DNA of 64,000 nt, from assembly GCA_965655095.1 (NCBI GenBank), contig OZ296652.1, positions 54,064,001 to 54,128,000 of the forward strand, read 5' to 3'. A model generated the notes under the pieces. That model ran no database searches. It saw nothing but the letters and a program-made list of their open reading frames with translations, and was not told the DNA's origin. Positions 14,728 through 28,329 of the stretch are shown here, piece by piece. The DNA comes from Haplodiscus bocki. Taxonomy: Eukaryota. How positions within the stretch are numbered: position 1 is the stretch's first letter; each line of letters starts with the position of its first letter. The position numbers and the translations under genes were made by a program.

Positions 14728-16739
14728 TCTCTTGATGGAAGCAAAAAATAACTAGATTATCAGCAAACAAAAAATATACGGCATCAGTCGAGACAATCTG
14801 CAGTGCACCAAACGGACCTAAGAGTTTGGGCCTATGAATAGCGCGCTTGAAGAGTGTCAACATTCCATTGGAAATTCCAACAGTTGATCCACTTGGAGTC
14901 CTGAACTGGAGATGAACGAACTAACAAATTAATATGAAGGCAGCAAAATACGACCGGAGATGTTATGGAACTACACCAGCAGCGTTTCTCGCTAAAGAGA
15001 AAATTTAACGTTACTGTTTTTGCAATTGTTAAAAAGGCAGGTACTTTGGCATTAACTGACCCCACTGGCTATCAAATGTGCTGGGTGTCAAACATGCCAG
15101 AAACTTCAAAAACGAAGAGCAATATCATTATTGCTGCCCAGGAACATCGACAATCGACATTTAACGTTCCTTCGTCATTGTCTGCAGAAACTGCTTCCTA
15201 GTAAAGGAAGTTGTCAAAAATATTGAAAGCGTTCGACCATCGATGAAGCATTGTACGTAAAACAAGTCCAACATTGAATCAGTTGCCCGTGGAAGCTCTA
15301 TCACGGCTCTTTCATGATGCCAAAGTGTGGTACTTGGGTACCAAGGATTTAAATTTTACCTTCCCGATACCAGTAGAATGATCAGCTCCTTACATGCAGC
15401 CTTTTTGTTGCTATTGATCAGCGTGCTAAAATGACTTGTTTGGTTACTGTTCTACTATTTTCTCACGCATACACTTTTATTAGAATGCAATACATAATAT
15501 CTGCAATAGTTCGTTTCCAAGAGGGTTGGAATGAAGGAATGTAATTTCTTCGAGCTGGACTCGACTTCGAAGTCAAATCCTGTCCACTAGTTTAGTAGGA
15601 AGTCACCAATTTGCACCTACCAAAATGGCGACACTTGCCTCAACTGAGAAATCCCAATAAACAAACCACCTGGTATCTTCTAAAAGAAACAGGGGCAAAT
15701 TGTTATACCGGTTTAATTTTTTTGAGATCTCCTTCGTTTCGCAGCAGAAATGAGCAAATTTTTATGCCCTTCAAAAGACAACAACTTGTTTAACTGGTAA
15801 GAATGACCCGGACCAAGAAAGAGTACAGTGTACTTCGAAGTTTTGCAAATCTAAACGTACTTTACTGGGCAACAAATAAGCCCTTCTGTATACGAAAATG
15901 GCCAGAAATTTGGAGCAAAATAAATCTGAGAATGTTTCAAATTATTCAATTTAAGAGCTTTTTCGGGATAATTTTGACCTTTCCATCAAAGCAATTTTTC
16001 GCCGACATTTTTTAGAACGTACAGAAATATTTTGGGGCTTCGCAATCTTTGTGGAATTTTTTTTCTTGCGAAATTTTTCTAAACAAGACATATAAAAAGA
16101 TTTTTAAACCAAAAGTCTACAAAACGCCCTTTACCACCGGGATGTTGTATGCCACTCATTTTGGTTAAAAATGCGTTAAAACCTTTCCCCGCCATTTTAG
16201 TCCTTTGCCGCTCTGTTGACCAAGCAACTGAGGATTTTACTTGACGTATCGGTGCGCGAATTTGGAAAATTTCATGTAAAAAATGCGGAATGATGAATGG
16301 CTAACTTTTTGGTGGATTCCGAAATGACATCAAACCATTAAACATAAAATTGAATGAACAAAGTCCCACTAAACATAAAAGTTGAATCTCGTACAAACAA
16401 AATGTTCTAATTGGCTAAAATTTACCTGCATACTATCCGTTAACTTTGGGATAACATATTAAGCGCATGTCTTTACAATAAACGGACAATGCCGAGATCC
16501 CGAAGGTATTAATTTTAATGCCGATAATACTGTAAACCCCTTTGCGGTGATAACAAGCACAATGATACCCATTGATAATCGTCATTGATAATTTTATCTC
16601 TAATGAGACTATTTTATAATTTACTTTCAGTGTTCTTATGTCATTTGGTACCTATGCCAAGTTCCTTCCATTTGAAAAAAGGGCGGAAAATAAAACGAGG
16701 ATGAGTTGGAATTTCGAAAAACGTCCGAATTAAAATCAA

Positions 16740-18720
16740 TTTTGCCATTTCTGGCCTATCAAGATTCCAATTCCGATGTAGAAATCATAATTTGATATAC
16801 TTAGAAATAAAGAGTCTGCTTCAGGTATAAAGCTATCAATAATGACACCTGATTGACACTTGATGGAGAAAAATGAAAAAGGTAAGGTTGAAGAAGTAGA
16901 AGTTTGAATACGGAGTTGTGTAAAGCCTAAAAGCATTTTCTGGCAAGTCTGGTCCATCAAGATTCCAAAGAGGGGTACAAATTCAGCGATTTCTTAATCA
17001 AGTTCTGTAACTTAAGTAGGAAGCATGGATTGAAGATTTGAAGGAAGACATCATGTCAGTAGTTATGGGGAAACCCGGGTTAGAAAATCGAGAAGACTCC
17101 ATATTGATAAATCATTCTTGACCTTTTTGGACTTTCAGAAGTCAGTCGTATGGAACGGAAAAGATAATTAATGCCCCTAAAAATCTTCAAAAGCGAAAAC
17201 CCTTTGATTGCGACCTTGATGAAAGAAATAAATCTGTAGTTGGGGTCAAAGATGACTTTGCGCGCCGAGATAAATCAAAAGTATTAGCATAACTTAGAAT
17301 TTTTGGACTATTAAGAGTGTGATTCAAAACAGAAATCAATGGTTTGATTTTCCAATAGATTTTCATGAATTTCAAGCCTCTGGTTACGAAGAATTAGGAG
17401 TATCAATATCGAGATGGGACATTACAATAAGGAATATTTAGAAAATCGGAAGGTCAGTATTCTGAAGCCAGGAGCAAATTCGACAAAACTACCATCGGGA
17501 TTGTTCTTAAACTAAAAAAATTTTTTCGTTGAGAATTTGATGGAAAAAATGGAACTTGTAGTTATCAGTGACAGAGGATGATGAGTTTGAATGTCGTGAA
17601 AACTTTTGAAAAAGATGTTTTTTTGGAATTGTCGGACTATCAGGAATCTGATGCAACGGATGAAATCAATGGTTTTCACCTCAGTACTCCTCTACATGTG
17701 TTATGTTTTAGACTGGGTCAATGATGAAGGAATCCGAACTTGTAGTGGCTGAGCAACACAATTTTGAAAATTAGGCAATATGAAAAAGTAGCATTTCTTG
17801 GAGAATTTGGACTATCCAGACACTGATGCGCAAAACGCGAATCGATAAATTTCCCATCTGGATGATATTGACAACTCGAATGTTTTTGATGCCGACCTTG
17901 ATCGAAGAGGAAGCCTGTGTTTTTAGTGAAATATGAGTTAGAATGTCGAGAATTATTAAAATCAAAATGAGTTTTTTTGGAAAATTTGGACTATCAGTAA
18001 ACTGATACAAGAGAGAAAAAAATGAGTTTTTAGTTGGTTATACGTCTGTAAGTGCTGCCTTTTCAATTCAGATTTTGATGGCGGGAATCGAACTGGTGTT
18101 GGCTGAGAATTAAAAGTTTGAATCTCGTGCAAAACCATAATAAATGGCACTTTTTTGAATGCCTGGACTGTTACGAATCGGATGCATGTATAAAAAATGT
18201 TTGTTTAGCCAATCGTTTTCCTCTAACAGAAAGTGTTCGATCGAGATTTGTTTGGAGGTGTCAAACTGAGAGGTAAGAGTTTTTGTAGCGGAACAAATCA
18301 GTAATGCTAAACACTTCTTAAACTTCCTGACTGTCGAGATTATGATGGAAGGACCAAATTTATAAGTTTTTCATCTAATTTTTCCTCCAGAAAGGCCAAG
18401 CATTCCATTAAGACCTTGATGGAATGAATGAAGCTCGTAGTTGTCGAGAAATAAGTGTTTATATATCGAAAAAATCATTAGAAAGTAATTTTATATTTTT
18501 TTGACTGTCAAGATTCTAATGCAAGGAACAAAATTGATACTTTTCACAGGAAAAAATTCGTGACGAAAGGAAACTATCACATCGAAAGTCGATTACAAAT
18601 TCAAACTTTTAGCTTTGCAGAAAATTGTGTTTTAAAATCAAGGAAGTTCAATACTAATCGGTCTTTTTGGCATTAGCTCAATCACAGGACGATATGATGC
18701 AGCAGATATCCATTCGTAAA
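16740..18720. repeat. Degenerate ~175-bp tandem array
   Basis: Motif TT(T/C)TGGACTATCAAGATTCTGATGC recurs near 16750, 16945, 17125, 17300, 17630, 17805, 17985, 18160, 18325, 18500. Confidence 0.7.
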
Positions 18721-19029
18721 AAATTCACTTCATGCCTCTGAATGACTTAGGATATAGAATAAACTATTACAAAAAACTGGAAAAAATTGTAGAACCAGTT
18801 AATATAACTTTTGAACTTTTTTTAGGCTTTCCAGGAAAATCGAAATTTTCTTCTTAAAATTTCAAAAATTACGGAAAAAAGCCATTTGTTTCATTTGCAT
18901 CGGAAAAGGGGTAATTTTTGAAAGAAGAACCCATTTGCCCAAAAACCCTAAGTTTTTGTCAGAAAATCCCTATTATTTCTTTTTACAAAATAAGAACGTG
19001 TTAACGAGTATCTAAAGAGAGGTAGAACG

Positions 19030-19235
19030 ATGGTTGATTGCGGGATTCGAACACGCCACCTCCGGTGTCTAATCGCAACGACACCCGATATATGTCTTAT
19101 ACACGACACCAACTCTGCAGACTTGACCTCTGCGCTTCATGGACAATTTGGTGAAAAGGAAAAAAGCCTACTACTGAATTGAAAACTTTCCTTTCGAAAA
19201 AATTTTTTGGACGGAAAAAAAACAAAAAACAATTT
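19030..19235 (-). repeat. Second copy of the B-box-containing dispersed repeat
   Basis: ggattcgaac...ctgcagac...gaaaaggaaaaaa...ctactgaa...tcctttcgaaaaa is shared with 11240-11450. Confidence 0.6.
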
Positions 19236-19299
19236 AAGCAAGTTAAATTTAAGTAATCACACCGGCGTGACTGGGAGAGTGAGTAAACTTGCAAACAGA

Positions 19300-19921
19300 C
19301 CGTGTCGACAGCCATGGTCAAACATGACGATCATGCTATAATATGGTATGATCATGGTGGGTTCTTTTTCGCCATGGTGTCATCTTGGCAAGGTCATGGC
19401 ATGGTCATTATGAATTTATGCATGATCATGGGATGGTCGTCATGGAAAATGGCATGATCATGCCATGGTGACCATGTGAATTATTATAACGTAATCCGGA
19501 CGCTACTTTTTTGATTGATAGCCAGGTGGAAATCCGTTACTGTTTAACGCCGAATATTTGAACGAAACCATTAGAAACTACCCAGAAGATGGTTAACTAA
19601 AATAAATATCGTTCCCAAAAAAACGAAAAACTGTAATATGTTGAAACTATTGTTCAGTAAAAATTTGTTGCCTGGTTCATCACAAAAAAAACTCTCTTTC
19701 TGGAGTGTTCCTCGTTACATTTTGCTAAAATGGCAGTTCGGAGACGTAATTTCTCCTAAAGCCATTCAAGTGGCTCATACAATGGTAAATGGAAGCAATT
19801 ATCTGACAAAATATTGACAAAAGATCGATTTTTTCCCCGAAAAAAAACGCGAAAAGCATAATGATTTTACCATGATCATGGCAAAATCATGGCATGGCGG
19901 CCATGTTTCGTCTAGCCGGGG
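19300..19921. mobile_element. MITE-like element with CATG-rich subterminal repeats
   Basis: Dense CATG/CATGATCATG arrays at 19310-19480 and 19858-19910, ending in ...CTAGCCGGG. Confidence 0.5.
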
Positions 19922-20102
19922 AAGAAGAGAAACCATAATTCGACTGCTGAAGATCGAAGAATTTGTTAGTTCTGTTAAAAATGCGAAAAACTCGGCAACC
20001 AATATGCTTCTTTGCTTATTCACACGCAAAATTGAAGCCTACAATATCAGAAAAATTATTCTGTCTCTGAATATTTCGTCTAGGAAAACTCCTCTAAGTA
20101 AT

Positions 20103-20144
20103 GAAGAAGAAGAAGAAGAAGAAGAAGAAGAAGAAGAAGAAGAA
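20103..20144. repeat. (GAA)14 microsatellite
   Basis: Perfect trinucleotide run. Confidence 0.98.
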
Positions 20145-20639
20145 GATAAAGAAAGACACTGATTTGATATTTGTCCAGGCAAGGAACCTGAAAAATGTAA
20201 AACGTTATCACAATTATCGGTTGTACCCAACGTAATATTTCTGCATGTTGAAATTAATTTCTTACGGTAACAGACATATCATTCGCATTTGAATATTTTG
20301 AATTGTCAACAGGTTAGGCTCAAGTCTTTTTCGGTATTTTTTTGTTAGGGCACGCACTTTACGGAGTTTAAGCTGCAAGATTTCCACTGTTATTTTGAAA
20401 TCACACTAATGCTGTACGAGCAAAGACTAATTTGTTTTATTATACGCCTCTGTTATTTTATTTTCGAGTATTTGTTTCCTCTTATTGCATCTCAATTGCT
20501 TTTATTGTCTTCTGGTGAAAGAAGCAAAGCTGTTCCTGATAATGGCCGTGTTTGTATGTATCTCAAAACTGAGTTTAAGTGCTCTCGTGCTGTGTTTTAG
20601 TTGCATATTCGGAAACTTGAAAGATTTGTTGAAAGAGGC

Positions 20640-21440
20640 TATTTGACCTCTGAGTAGTCGGCTAAGGTAATTAAGGCATGAGTGCTGCAGGAGATTTTCA
20701 AATGAGATGATCTGATGTTCTGTTTTCAGGTCAGATGTTCTTTCTATTTTTTTTTCGAAAAAAGGCAGTTTTGATACCCCAATGATTCTGCCTGTCTAGA
20801 GAGTTGACCTGTGTTTCGCATAAACCTGTAAACAACAAGATACAAGAGTTTTGAAAAGTATTAGTCGCGTTGTTGAGGGAAAGCTTTTCCTGATTTGGTG
20901 CAAGGTGCGGATAGAATTGGCCATGTTCCTAAGCGTTGTTTTGATTTGCGATTGAGATGACATATCGCAGTTCATGCCTATTCCCAAGTATTTCTTAGAT
21001 TTGCTGTCGTGAAGCGTTTCCTCTCCTAATTTAATTGATGTTTTGAAGTTTCCGGGGTTGGCGGTTTTGCTGAATAATATGAATTCTGTTTTCAATGCAT
21101 TCAGTTGCAATTTATTCTCTTAGAAATAACAGCATAGACGTTCAGTTTGTGTTTCTATGGCTTCACTTGAAGTGAAAGGGTTTTTATCTGCCGGGAAAAT
21201 CTGCCTTTCTTGGGCGTATTGAGTTTCTTGATTGTTTGGATTACCATAATTGGTCATATCCTTGACCTACAATAAGAAAAGAGGGGCCCAATTATTGTTA
21301 CTTGAGGCACTCCTTGCTTGAGATTAAGCCAGTTTGATTTGGTCCCATTGACAAATACATATTGAATTCTGTTCGTTAGGAAATCTTTAATGAATGGATG
21401 GCGTTCATACTAAAACCTCTGTCTTCCAGTTTTTACACAT
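20640..21440 (-). mobile_element. 5'-truncated non-LTR (CR1/L2-like) reverse transcriptase relic
   Basis: FIKDFLTNRIQYVFVNGTKSNWLNLKQGVPQ...IGPL, a degenerate YADD-like segment, then LQLNALKTEFI...KKYLG; multiple disruptions. Confidence 0.85.
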
Positions 21441-22451
21441 TCCAGTTATTGTGTTCATACTAAAACCTCTGTGTTCCAGTTATTGATGTTGTACATTATT
21501 TTTTTGTTGACATGTACTGAGGAGTTTTTGGTAGAACGAGTTTTGCGGAAGCCGAAATAACAAGGTTACAGTATTTTTTTCTGTTCAAGGTAATCAGTCA
21601 TTTGCTTCTAAATTTATTTGTTCCAGAAAATCATTTTTTGAGTGAATGTTTTGGAGTTATACGTTGTTGTAAACACTCGAAGAACTTCTGTCATGTTTAA
21701 AACTCCCGCAAATCTAAAAAAAATGACTTGATGGTTCTAGTTAGGGTGATTGAACTGGAAAGGGAGGCAAAAACGAAGTTTAAAATACTCTGGGTGCAAT
21801 TTTTCAACCTTTTTTTAGGCAATACTCCATGATAGAATTGATACTGCAATTGAAATTAGTTGGTTTGCAAAAGTTTCAGACGTATAAATTAAGATCTTCT
21901 TTTCAAAATGTTTTAAATTATCTTTTTTTTTGGGAATAACGGCTGTTTTGTGCTTCAATTAGCTAGATTTTTCCCAAAAAAGCAAAAATACTGCTTAAAT
22001 GCTATGTTGTGCCAAATTTATCTTTTTATCACTCAATTACTTCAGTGCAAATATTTCTTCTACCTGTAAAGAATTGAAAAAAAAACAAATCTGTAGATAT
22101 TTTTCCAATATTTTACTATCTTTATTTTTGTATCTTTTTTATTGGGAATCGGCAATTCAGCGACAATTGTTAAAAAATTCCGGCTTTGCAACTTCTTGAT
22201 TTCAAATATTTTAAACGGTTACTTCCCATTCCCAAGAAGACTTTGAACTTAAATATACGTTTTCGGTTTTTACTAACTTTGTGTGCTTCATGCCACGAAG
22301 AAACATGGGTGCATTTATTTTGAAAACTAACGAGCTGTCTATGGACTTAAATACCATTTCTCTTAAAATGAAAGATCTACGCAATATCATTGTCCGCATA
22401 CTATTTTACATTTTCCTGATCCAGACTTGAATGAGTATGTTTTTGTTTCAG

Positions 22452-22741
22452 CGAATAGCCTTTGCCCATCGACAATTACCTACTGGCTTGTCTGGTGGCC
22501 CAAGTCTTCCATTCAAATCCAGGGGCCATATTGAAGACACCTTATTACACCTTCATGCACGACGAAATTGTAGAAGATATATTCACCAAGTTCTGTGCTG
22601 TTCAATGTACCAATGCCATTATTCCGCTGGAAAAGAAACCGTGAATATTGTTGGTACTAGAACCAAAAAGCCACGCAGATCTATCATGGGTTTATTCATA
22701 CAATTGTTTTTCCGGAAAATCAAGTCCCGAAGTTGCAGATG
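22452..22741 (+). pseudogene. First coding exon: signal-peptide-like segment plus PAN/apple-like Cys motif
   Basis: Acceptor tttcag at 22451, donor g|gtaag at 22742. The frame from TTG 22462 reads (L)PIDNYLLACLVAQVFHSNPGA...FCAVQCTNAIIPLEKKP*ILLVL...YSYNCFSG...VAD and joins the next exon in phase 1 (G|AG = Glu). There is no in-frame ATG; TTG sits where a start is expected. Confidence 0.6.
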
Positions 22742-22907
22742 GTAAGTTTATTATAGAACTAGATCGTAAAAATTATTCGAATCTCACTTAGAATATCTTT
22801 ATCCTCGCCAAGTTTGAATTTTTTAACAGAAAATAATGAATTGGCGAACTCTTGAAATGCAAAATTTTTCATCATTATTTTTTTTGTGATTCTAAAATTA
22901 AATTTAG

Positions 22908-23132
22908 AGCCTGCTAAAGCTAACTTTGCGATCCGTTTTTCATACTTGTTTACGTCAAGATATGTTCGTTTGAAAGCATCGGATGTAATTTGTGATTCAC
23001 CAGGTGATTCAATATGGCCGATGTACGCCCGGATTTCTACCTTTGCTGTTTACCCTACACAAGAGAACCAGCTCTTTCGGGTGTATACTGAAACAGAAGA
23101 TGCAGATCACGGGATCACAAAGGCTGATAATG
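22908..23132 (+). pseudogene. Exon 2 of the Ig/LU gene
   Basis: aatttag| acceptor, |gttagc donor, open phase 1-1 exon EPAKANFAIRF...GITKADN. Confidence 0.7.
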
Positions 23133-23543
23133 GTTAGCAACAATTTTTGACTCATTGGTTTCTTGCGCTAGAGATTGAGAGCTCGAATCCAAGTTGCGTA
23201 TTCTTTGATGTTCTTCTCTCCTTTCTGCGATGATTTGTCTGGCAAGTGTTGACGAAGCGCAGCCTCGCTTTCATGCGAAAAACTGAAGTGCAAGTCTTAT
23301 CTTTCAAATATTTGATTTCATATTTTACTAATAATTATCATTACGAACTTTGATTTTTCTTGTTGCAAGTTTTTGTTTCTTTGGAGACTTGATTTAAAAA
23401 TTTGGTTGTTGAAGTGCATCCCTCTAACAATATTTGAAGAAGCTTCTTATCAAACCCGATTGGTTGCTGGTGGTATTTGATGTACACAATATCTAGAATC
23501 ATGCTAGTAAGAATCTCCATGAAGCTAGTTGAGATTTTTTCAG

Positions 23544-23804
23544 ATGATGTTCCACCAAATGCCAATGTGAGAATGGAATCATGCCGGGAAAATCCTTCGC
23601 TGTGTGGAGTTGAAAATGTTAGTTGACTATGACTTTGCTAGGTTTGCACAATTGTTCCTAAATTGAGTGACAAATTTGTTTGCAGGTACTCTGCGATTTT
23701 GCCAGGTATAATAATGCTTCTTCCTTTTCCTTGAGTAATTCGACTTCTTTACTGAAATTCGTGATTATTTCTAGGTTTCCCGGCCAATGTTTCGTGCGGA
23801 ACGG
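23544..23804 (+). pseudogene. Three small exons (74, 20, 30 nt) encoding most of an EGF-like domain
   Basis: Exons 23544-23617, 23686-23705 and 23775-23804 are separated by 68- and 69-nt GT-AG introns. Spliced product SCRENPSLCGVENVLCDFARFPGQC[+1 T]SCGTG joins TLSAYSEC of the next exon to give a 6-Cys EGF pattern. Confidence 0.65.
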
Positions 23805-24199
23805 GTAAGTTACTTTTGCAATGTCTATTTATCAAAAGAATGTAGCTTCTATGATATCTTTGAAATCAAAGTATATTAATTGCAATTTTGTACTAAACAG
23901 CCAGCTGTCGATCAAAGTTGCGGATACGCGAATACAATAAAAAATGACAGAGATTCTAGAATTACCTAGGATTTCTTTTTGTTGTTGGGGAAAAACGAAA
24001 ACCATTGTTTTGAAATACATTCAAAGCAATTTCCATCGTTACCTAACACATGGGAACTTTTGACAAACTCTTTGAGAAAAAAGAGAACAGTATATTTTTG
24101 TTTCCACAAGGGACGGAGATCCGATGCTGGTAACAAATAATTGGCTTGAAAAGTTGATTGTAAGTAGCTTTTGTTTCGTTCAATTTTTTCACGAGTCAA

Positions 24200-24520
24200 A
24201 CTGTCACAACTTGGGCATGCCGTTTGCACTGTTCCAGAGGAGTCTAACATACAATGGATATTTTGTTCCCAAGAAGGCAGAAGGTGCAGAAGCTGAAGGA
24301 ATCTTGACACTGAGAGGCTCAATTGATGGGGACATAACTCAGAGCACTCTAACTGTAGCAGTAATTCCTACAACTGAATCTCAGCTAGAGGGACTAGCAA
24401 CGAGTTTGAAGGACTCGTTGGATGGTCGCAGAAGTTTGATCAGCCCGCTTGTGAAGAAATAAATGTTTGTCAAGTGTCAACAAAAATGGAACCTTTCACC
24501 TTTCCCTGGGCCATATGACA
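24200..24520 (+). mobile_element. Degraded Ty3/Gypsy RT-connection fragment inside an intron
   Basis: ORF 24124 contains GMPF-ALFQR, YNGY, PTTESQL-EGLA...LISPLVKK, resembling MPFGL..FQR / YLGH / PTT..L..FLGL...PL..L. It lies between two phase-linked EGF exons. Confidence 0.5.
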
Positions 24521-24687
24521 AAAATACAAACACTTCAGAAAATTTATTTGTCTCAAAACCTCGAAATTTTACAAAATAAGATTACTAACTTTCGATTTCT
24601 TTGATTCTATTTTACGCGAAAAATTCATGTGGTTTTTCAGAGTTGTCCTCTGTGATCAATTCAATAGATGTTGTTTCTTGGGTTTAG

Positions 24688-25634
24688 GCACTTTGTCAGC
24701 CTACTCTGAATGCTGAGGAATTCATCCTTTTCGCCTGTCTTTACAATCCAGTGATCCTCAGTCTTTCATTCTCTGTCCTGTTACAAATAAAACCTCCGGT
24801 GATGTCCCCACGATAAGCCTTCAAAGCAAAACTATCGAAATTGACCTTGAATCCATGTACCCCCATTCAATCTCCTGTCAGTTCACTTGCGTAAAAATGG
24901 TCCCTATTCATATTGAGTTCTACCTAGATGGAGTGAAACAAGTTGAGTTTGATGTCCTGCCTGGGGGTAGAACGATGCCCAGAAGTTTTTGGCAAATAGG
25001 CGATGATGTTGATGATCCGGGGCGAATCAAAGTACAGTATGCCTGAGAAACAGAAGAGGTTGCGTATTGATGTTTCTTCAATTCTTCGAAAAACTACCAT
25101 AGTTTTGAAAAACGTAATAGCGAACAGTAATAAAAAAACTAAGTAGTTTAATTTCCATTAGCTTCAGTGGAGAAATAAAACCTTTAGTTTTTTGAAGAGG
25201 GACTTGAAATTCTCGAATGTTTAGATTTTGTTCTGCTAATTCACAACATTGGCATCCAGATGGACAATCATTTACATTGATAATTTATCGATTGTTACAA
25301 AAAATTCACTCAACATTTTTTATCAGTGTCCTATTTGCTTACTTTTCTTGCTTGCAGGACTTCAGCTGTACAATCACTGCTTCATACAAAAAAGTTTCTA
25401 AAGAAGAAGCGTCAGTTTATCTGGGACGAATGGTAGCTAGTTCATACACTCATTCCATGAACTACCGAGCAACTAGTTCACCTGCAATGATGATCCAAAT
25501 GGCTCCTCAACTGCATCTCAGACTTAATGGTCCTAAGTACCAGGAAGTCACTTACCTGGACGGAACCTTCAGTCTCAATTGCAAATTTCAGACGGGAATA
25601 CGAAATGGCAGCAAATATACTCATGCTTTCAAAA
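24688..25634 (+). pseudogene. Two exons (24688-25058, 25358-25634): end of EGF, first Ig domain, start of second
   Basis: ISCQF...IEFYLDG...IKVQYA*ETEE|DFSCTIT across a phase-0 junction, then FSLNCKF. In-frame TGA at 24714 and 25044. Confidence 0.8.
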
Positions 25635-28329
25635 GTTAGTCCTGCTTATTTTTCTACTTTAAATTCTTGATTGCCATATAATTTTTTTCGTCCACGTCCG
25701 TTTATACTCTCTGTAGGAAAAAGCACAAAAGTAAGCGTTTTGCTGTCTTCTATAATCTTCCGCCCTTATTTATATCATGGAAGGAAAATAATCCTCTCGC
25801 TTCGTTTCTTACGTAAACTTGCCAATTACGAGGCAAATTTCTTACCACTAAATTGTAGTAAATTGACCACAGAATTCAACTTGAATCGAACTTTTTGCAA
25901 AAACACGTCCTTTTGACCAAAAATCGATTAAAACAAACAATCATTTTTCCAATGAGAGGCTTGAAATTTTACCGCAGAATCATCATGATAACTATTTTTC
26001 GGAATAAGGTGTTTTTAAAACAAAAATTTGGATTTGTTGAGGAAAATATTTTCAAACGTTCGCTTTCCTTTGTTTCTTTCAACGCTTTTCGCCTTTCTAC
26101 CAATTTTGGGTTGTGGAAAATATCCCGATTCTTGACGGGCAACTGTTTTTATTGTTTTTTTTTAAAAAAAATAGGCAAATGCTACTTGAGATTTATGTAT
26201 GAATGTGGAGGGGAACAATTTTGTTCCCCTCCACATTCATACATAAATCTCGAGGTTGCAGGATCAGTGAAGATACAGTGGGTGACCGCAAGTTTGGATC
26301 AATATAGATTAAAAAAGCGAGAAACTTTCCTTATTTCCATAAAAATTGCAGTTTTCAGAAAAAAGTTTCAGTGACTAAAATTTCACAAAATTTCACGGCG
26401 AATATCAAGATGTCTCTCTTCTGGTAATCTCTTTTTTTTTGGTCTGAGTTTTTTGCGCACTCCATTTTTTCACGTTCATTGAATGTTGAAATTCAATTCG
26501 ACAGAGAAATGTTCAGTCAATTTTAACCATATAGGGCACCCAATATCAATATTTCAATTATTGAAGTCTTCCAGATTTTTCAATCTTGAAAATTTTTGTG
26601 GAAATAGCTCGTCAGCAACGGTTCGGCAGAACATTTTTCTTTGTGAAAATTCAATCTTTGATCTAAACGAATTTAATTTTCTTCATGTCTCAATGAAACA
26701 TTTTGCGCAAAACGTGTTAATATTGAAAAAACTGAAGAAGACTTGATTATTTGAATTTATGATATTCATTGCCCTCTATGTTTAGTTGATTGAGTTTTTC
26801 TCTGTTAAAATTCAAAATTGACTGAGAATGACAAAAATTGAGTGATCGAATAAGTCGGACCAAAACAAAAAGATTTCGAAAATGAAACATTTTGAGATTC
26901 CTAGTATAACTTCATGAAACTTTTGCCGCAAAACATTTTTCCGAATCAACTTTTATACGAAAATAATTACAATCTCTTGTTTTCATGAGTGCACTTTAAC
27001 CGATCCACATTTCCGTTCACTCATGGTATCTCCGTCAGTCCAAAAAGGTATATCTAAGCTTTCCGCATATTACAGCATCAGGACGCAAACAGAAATGTGT
27101 TCACGATTCCGGGGAAAAGGGAACACATAATACGGAAGTTTTGAAAACTCAAGTTTCTTGTCATTATTAGCCATACTAGTAATTTTTAGATGGCGTTTTC
27201 CTAAAGTAAAAAGGACGACTATTGCAGTGAAAAAAATAGCTATTTTTTTCCTGCGACATCAGACTAACTTTAAATTGGATCATTTTTGACAAAAATGTTC
27301 AAATAGGAGGTTCTGTTGCTACGACTTTTTACCATACCATCTAAAACTTCTTCAATCGAAAAAAAGTTTGTGATACTCTGGATACACTGGAAAAAATTTT
27401 TGCGATACCCCATCTCTTTTACCAAATTCTTCTGAAAACATGAATAACAAAAAGTCTCCAACTTCGTGATAGCCCCTGCTTTTGCATGTAATGGAAAAAT
27501 TTCCAAAAATGCCAGCACCACAAACTTCTACGGAATTATTTTTTTGATAATAACAAAAATTTTTCAGAAGGTGAGTTCGTAAAATTTTAACTACAATTTT
27601 CATGTCGGCGCTTAAGTCAAAGGATCACAAGCTTGACTTACAATGTTTTTTGATCCGAGAATCCGAAAACATTGATATAAAAACATTTTGAAGAAAACTT
27701 TAAGTTCTTCCGAAGGGCAACTTACATCAAACTAGAATGTTAGTTTTTGGCGAAAAGCACCCATATGACGTGACCGGTTATTAGTCTGACCAAAAATGGA
27801 AAAAATACACTCGTGTCAAAAAACATTTTTTTTGTCCTTCCTTTAACTACGCCTTTTGTAATTATCATAGCAAAACGTGTTAAATCGCCCTGGACGGCCA
27901 CAAAAACGTTCAGTATTAGCATAGTAAAAACTTCAAACACTTCCTTTACGTCAAAAAAAATTATTTACGTAGAATGTTAACCGAGAATTAAGTAAGTTGA
28001 CAACCTTTTCAAAAAATCTGATTTTCAGGTAATCAAGAGAATTGCTTAGTTCCATATCAAAATTCTCACAGGCATTTGTGGCTGACTGATATACAATTTG
28101 CACCAATTTTCGTCTTCCCTCGTGATAATGCAGTAAATTGTAACCGAATTGTAACTGATTTAGAAAAAACTGTTCTTTAAAAAAACCTCTTTGTCAAAAA
28201 TAGGGAAATACTTGCATGAAGTTGAAATCTAATTTCTTTATCGAAGTTTTACAGTATTTTCATTCACTTACTCCTTCCGCCTTTGGTATCCAGACTTTAA
28301 GTCAAAGTATACTGCAGTAAAATGATCAA

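Noticed and set aside
19872-20162. Poly-Glu protein ORF
   Set aside because: Produced by a MITE end plus the (GAA)14 microsatellite.
24124-24462. Exon of the Ig gene or an independent gene
   Set aside because: Flanking exons join without it to complete the EGF, and its motifs fit a decayed Gypsy RT.
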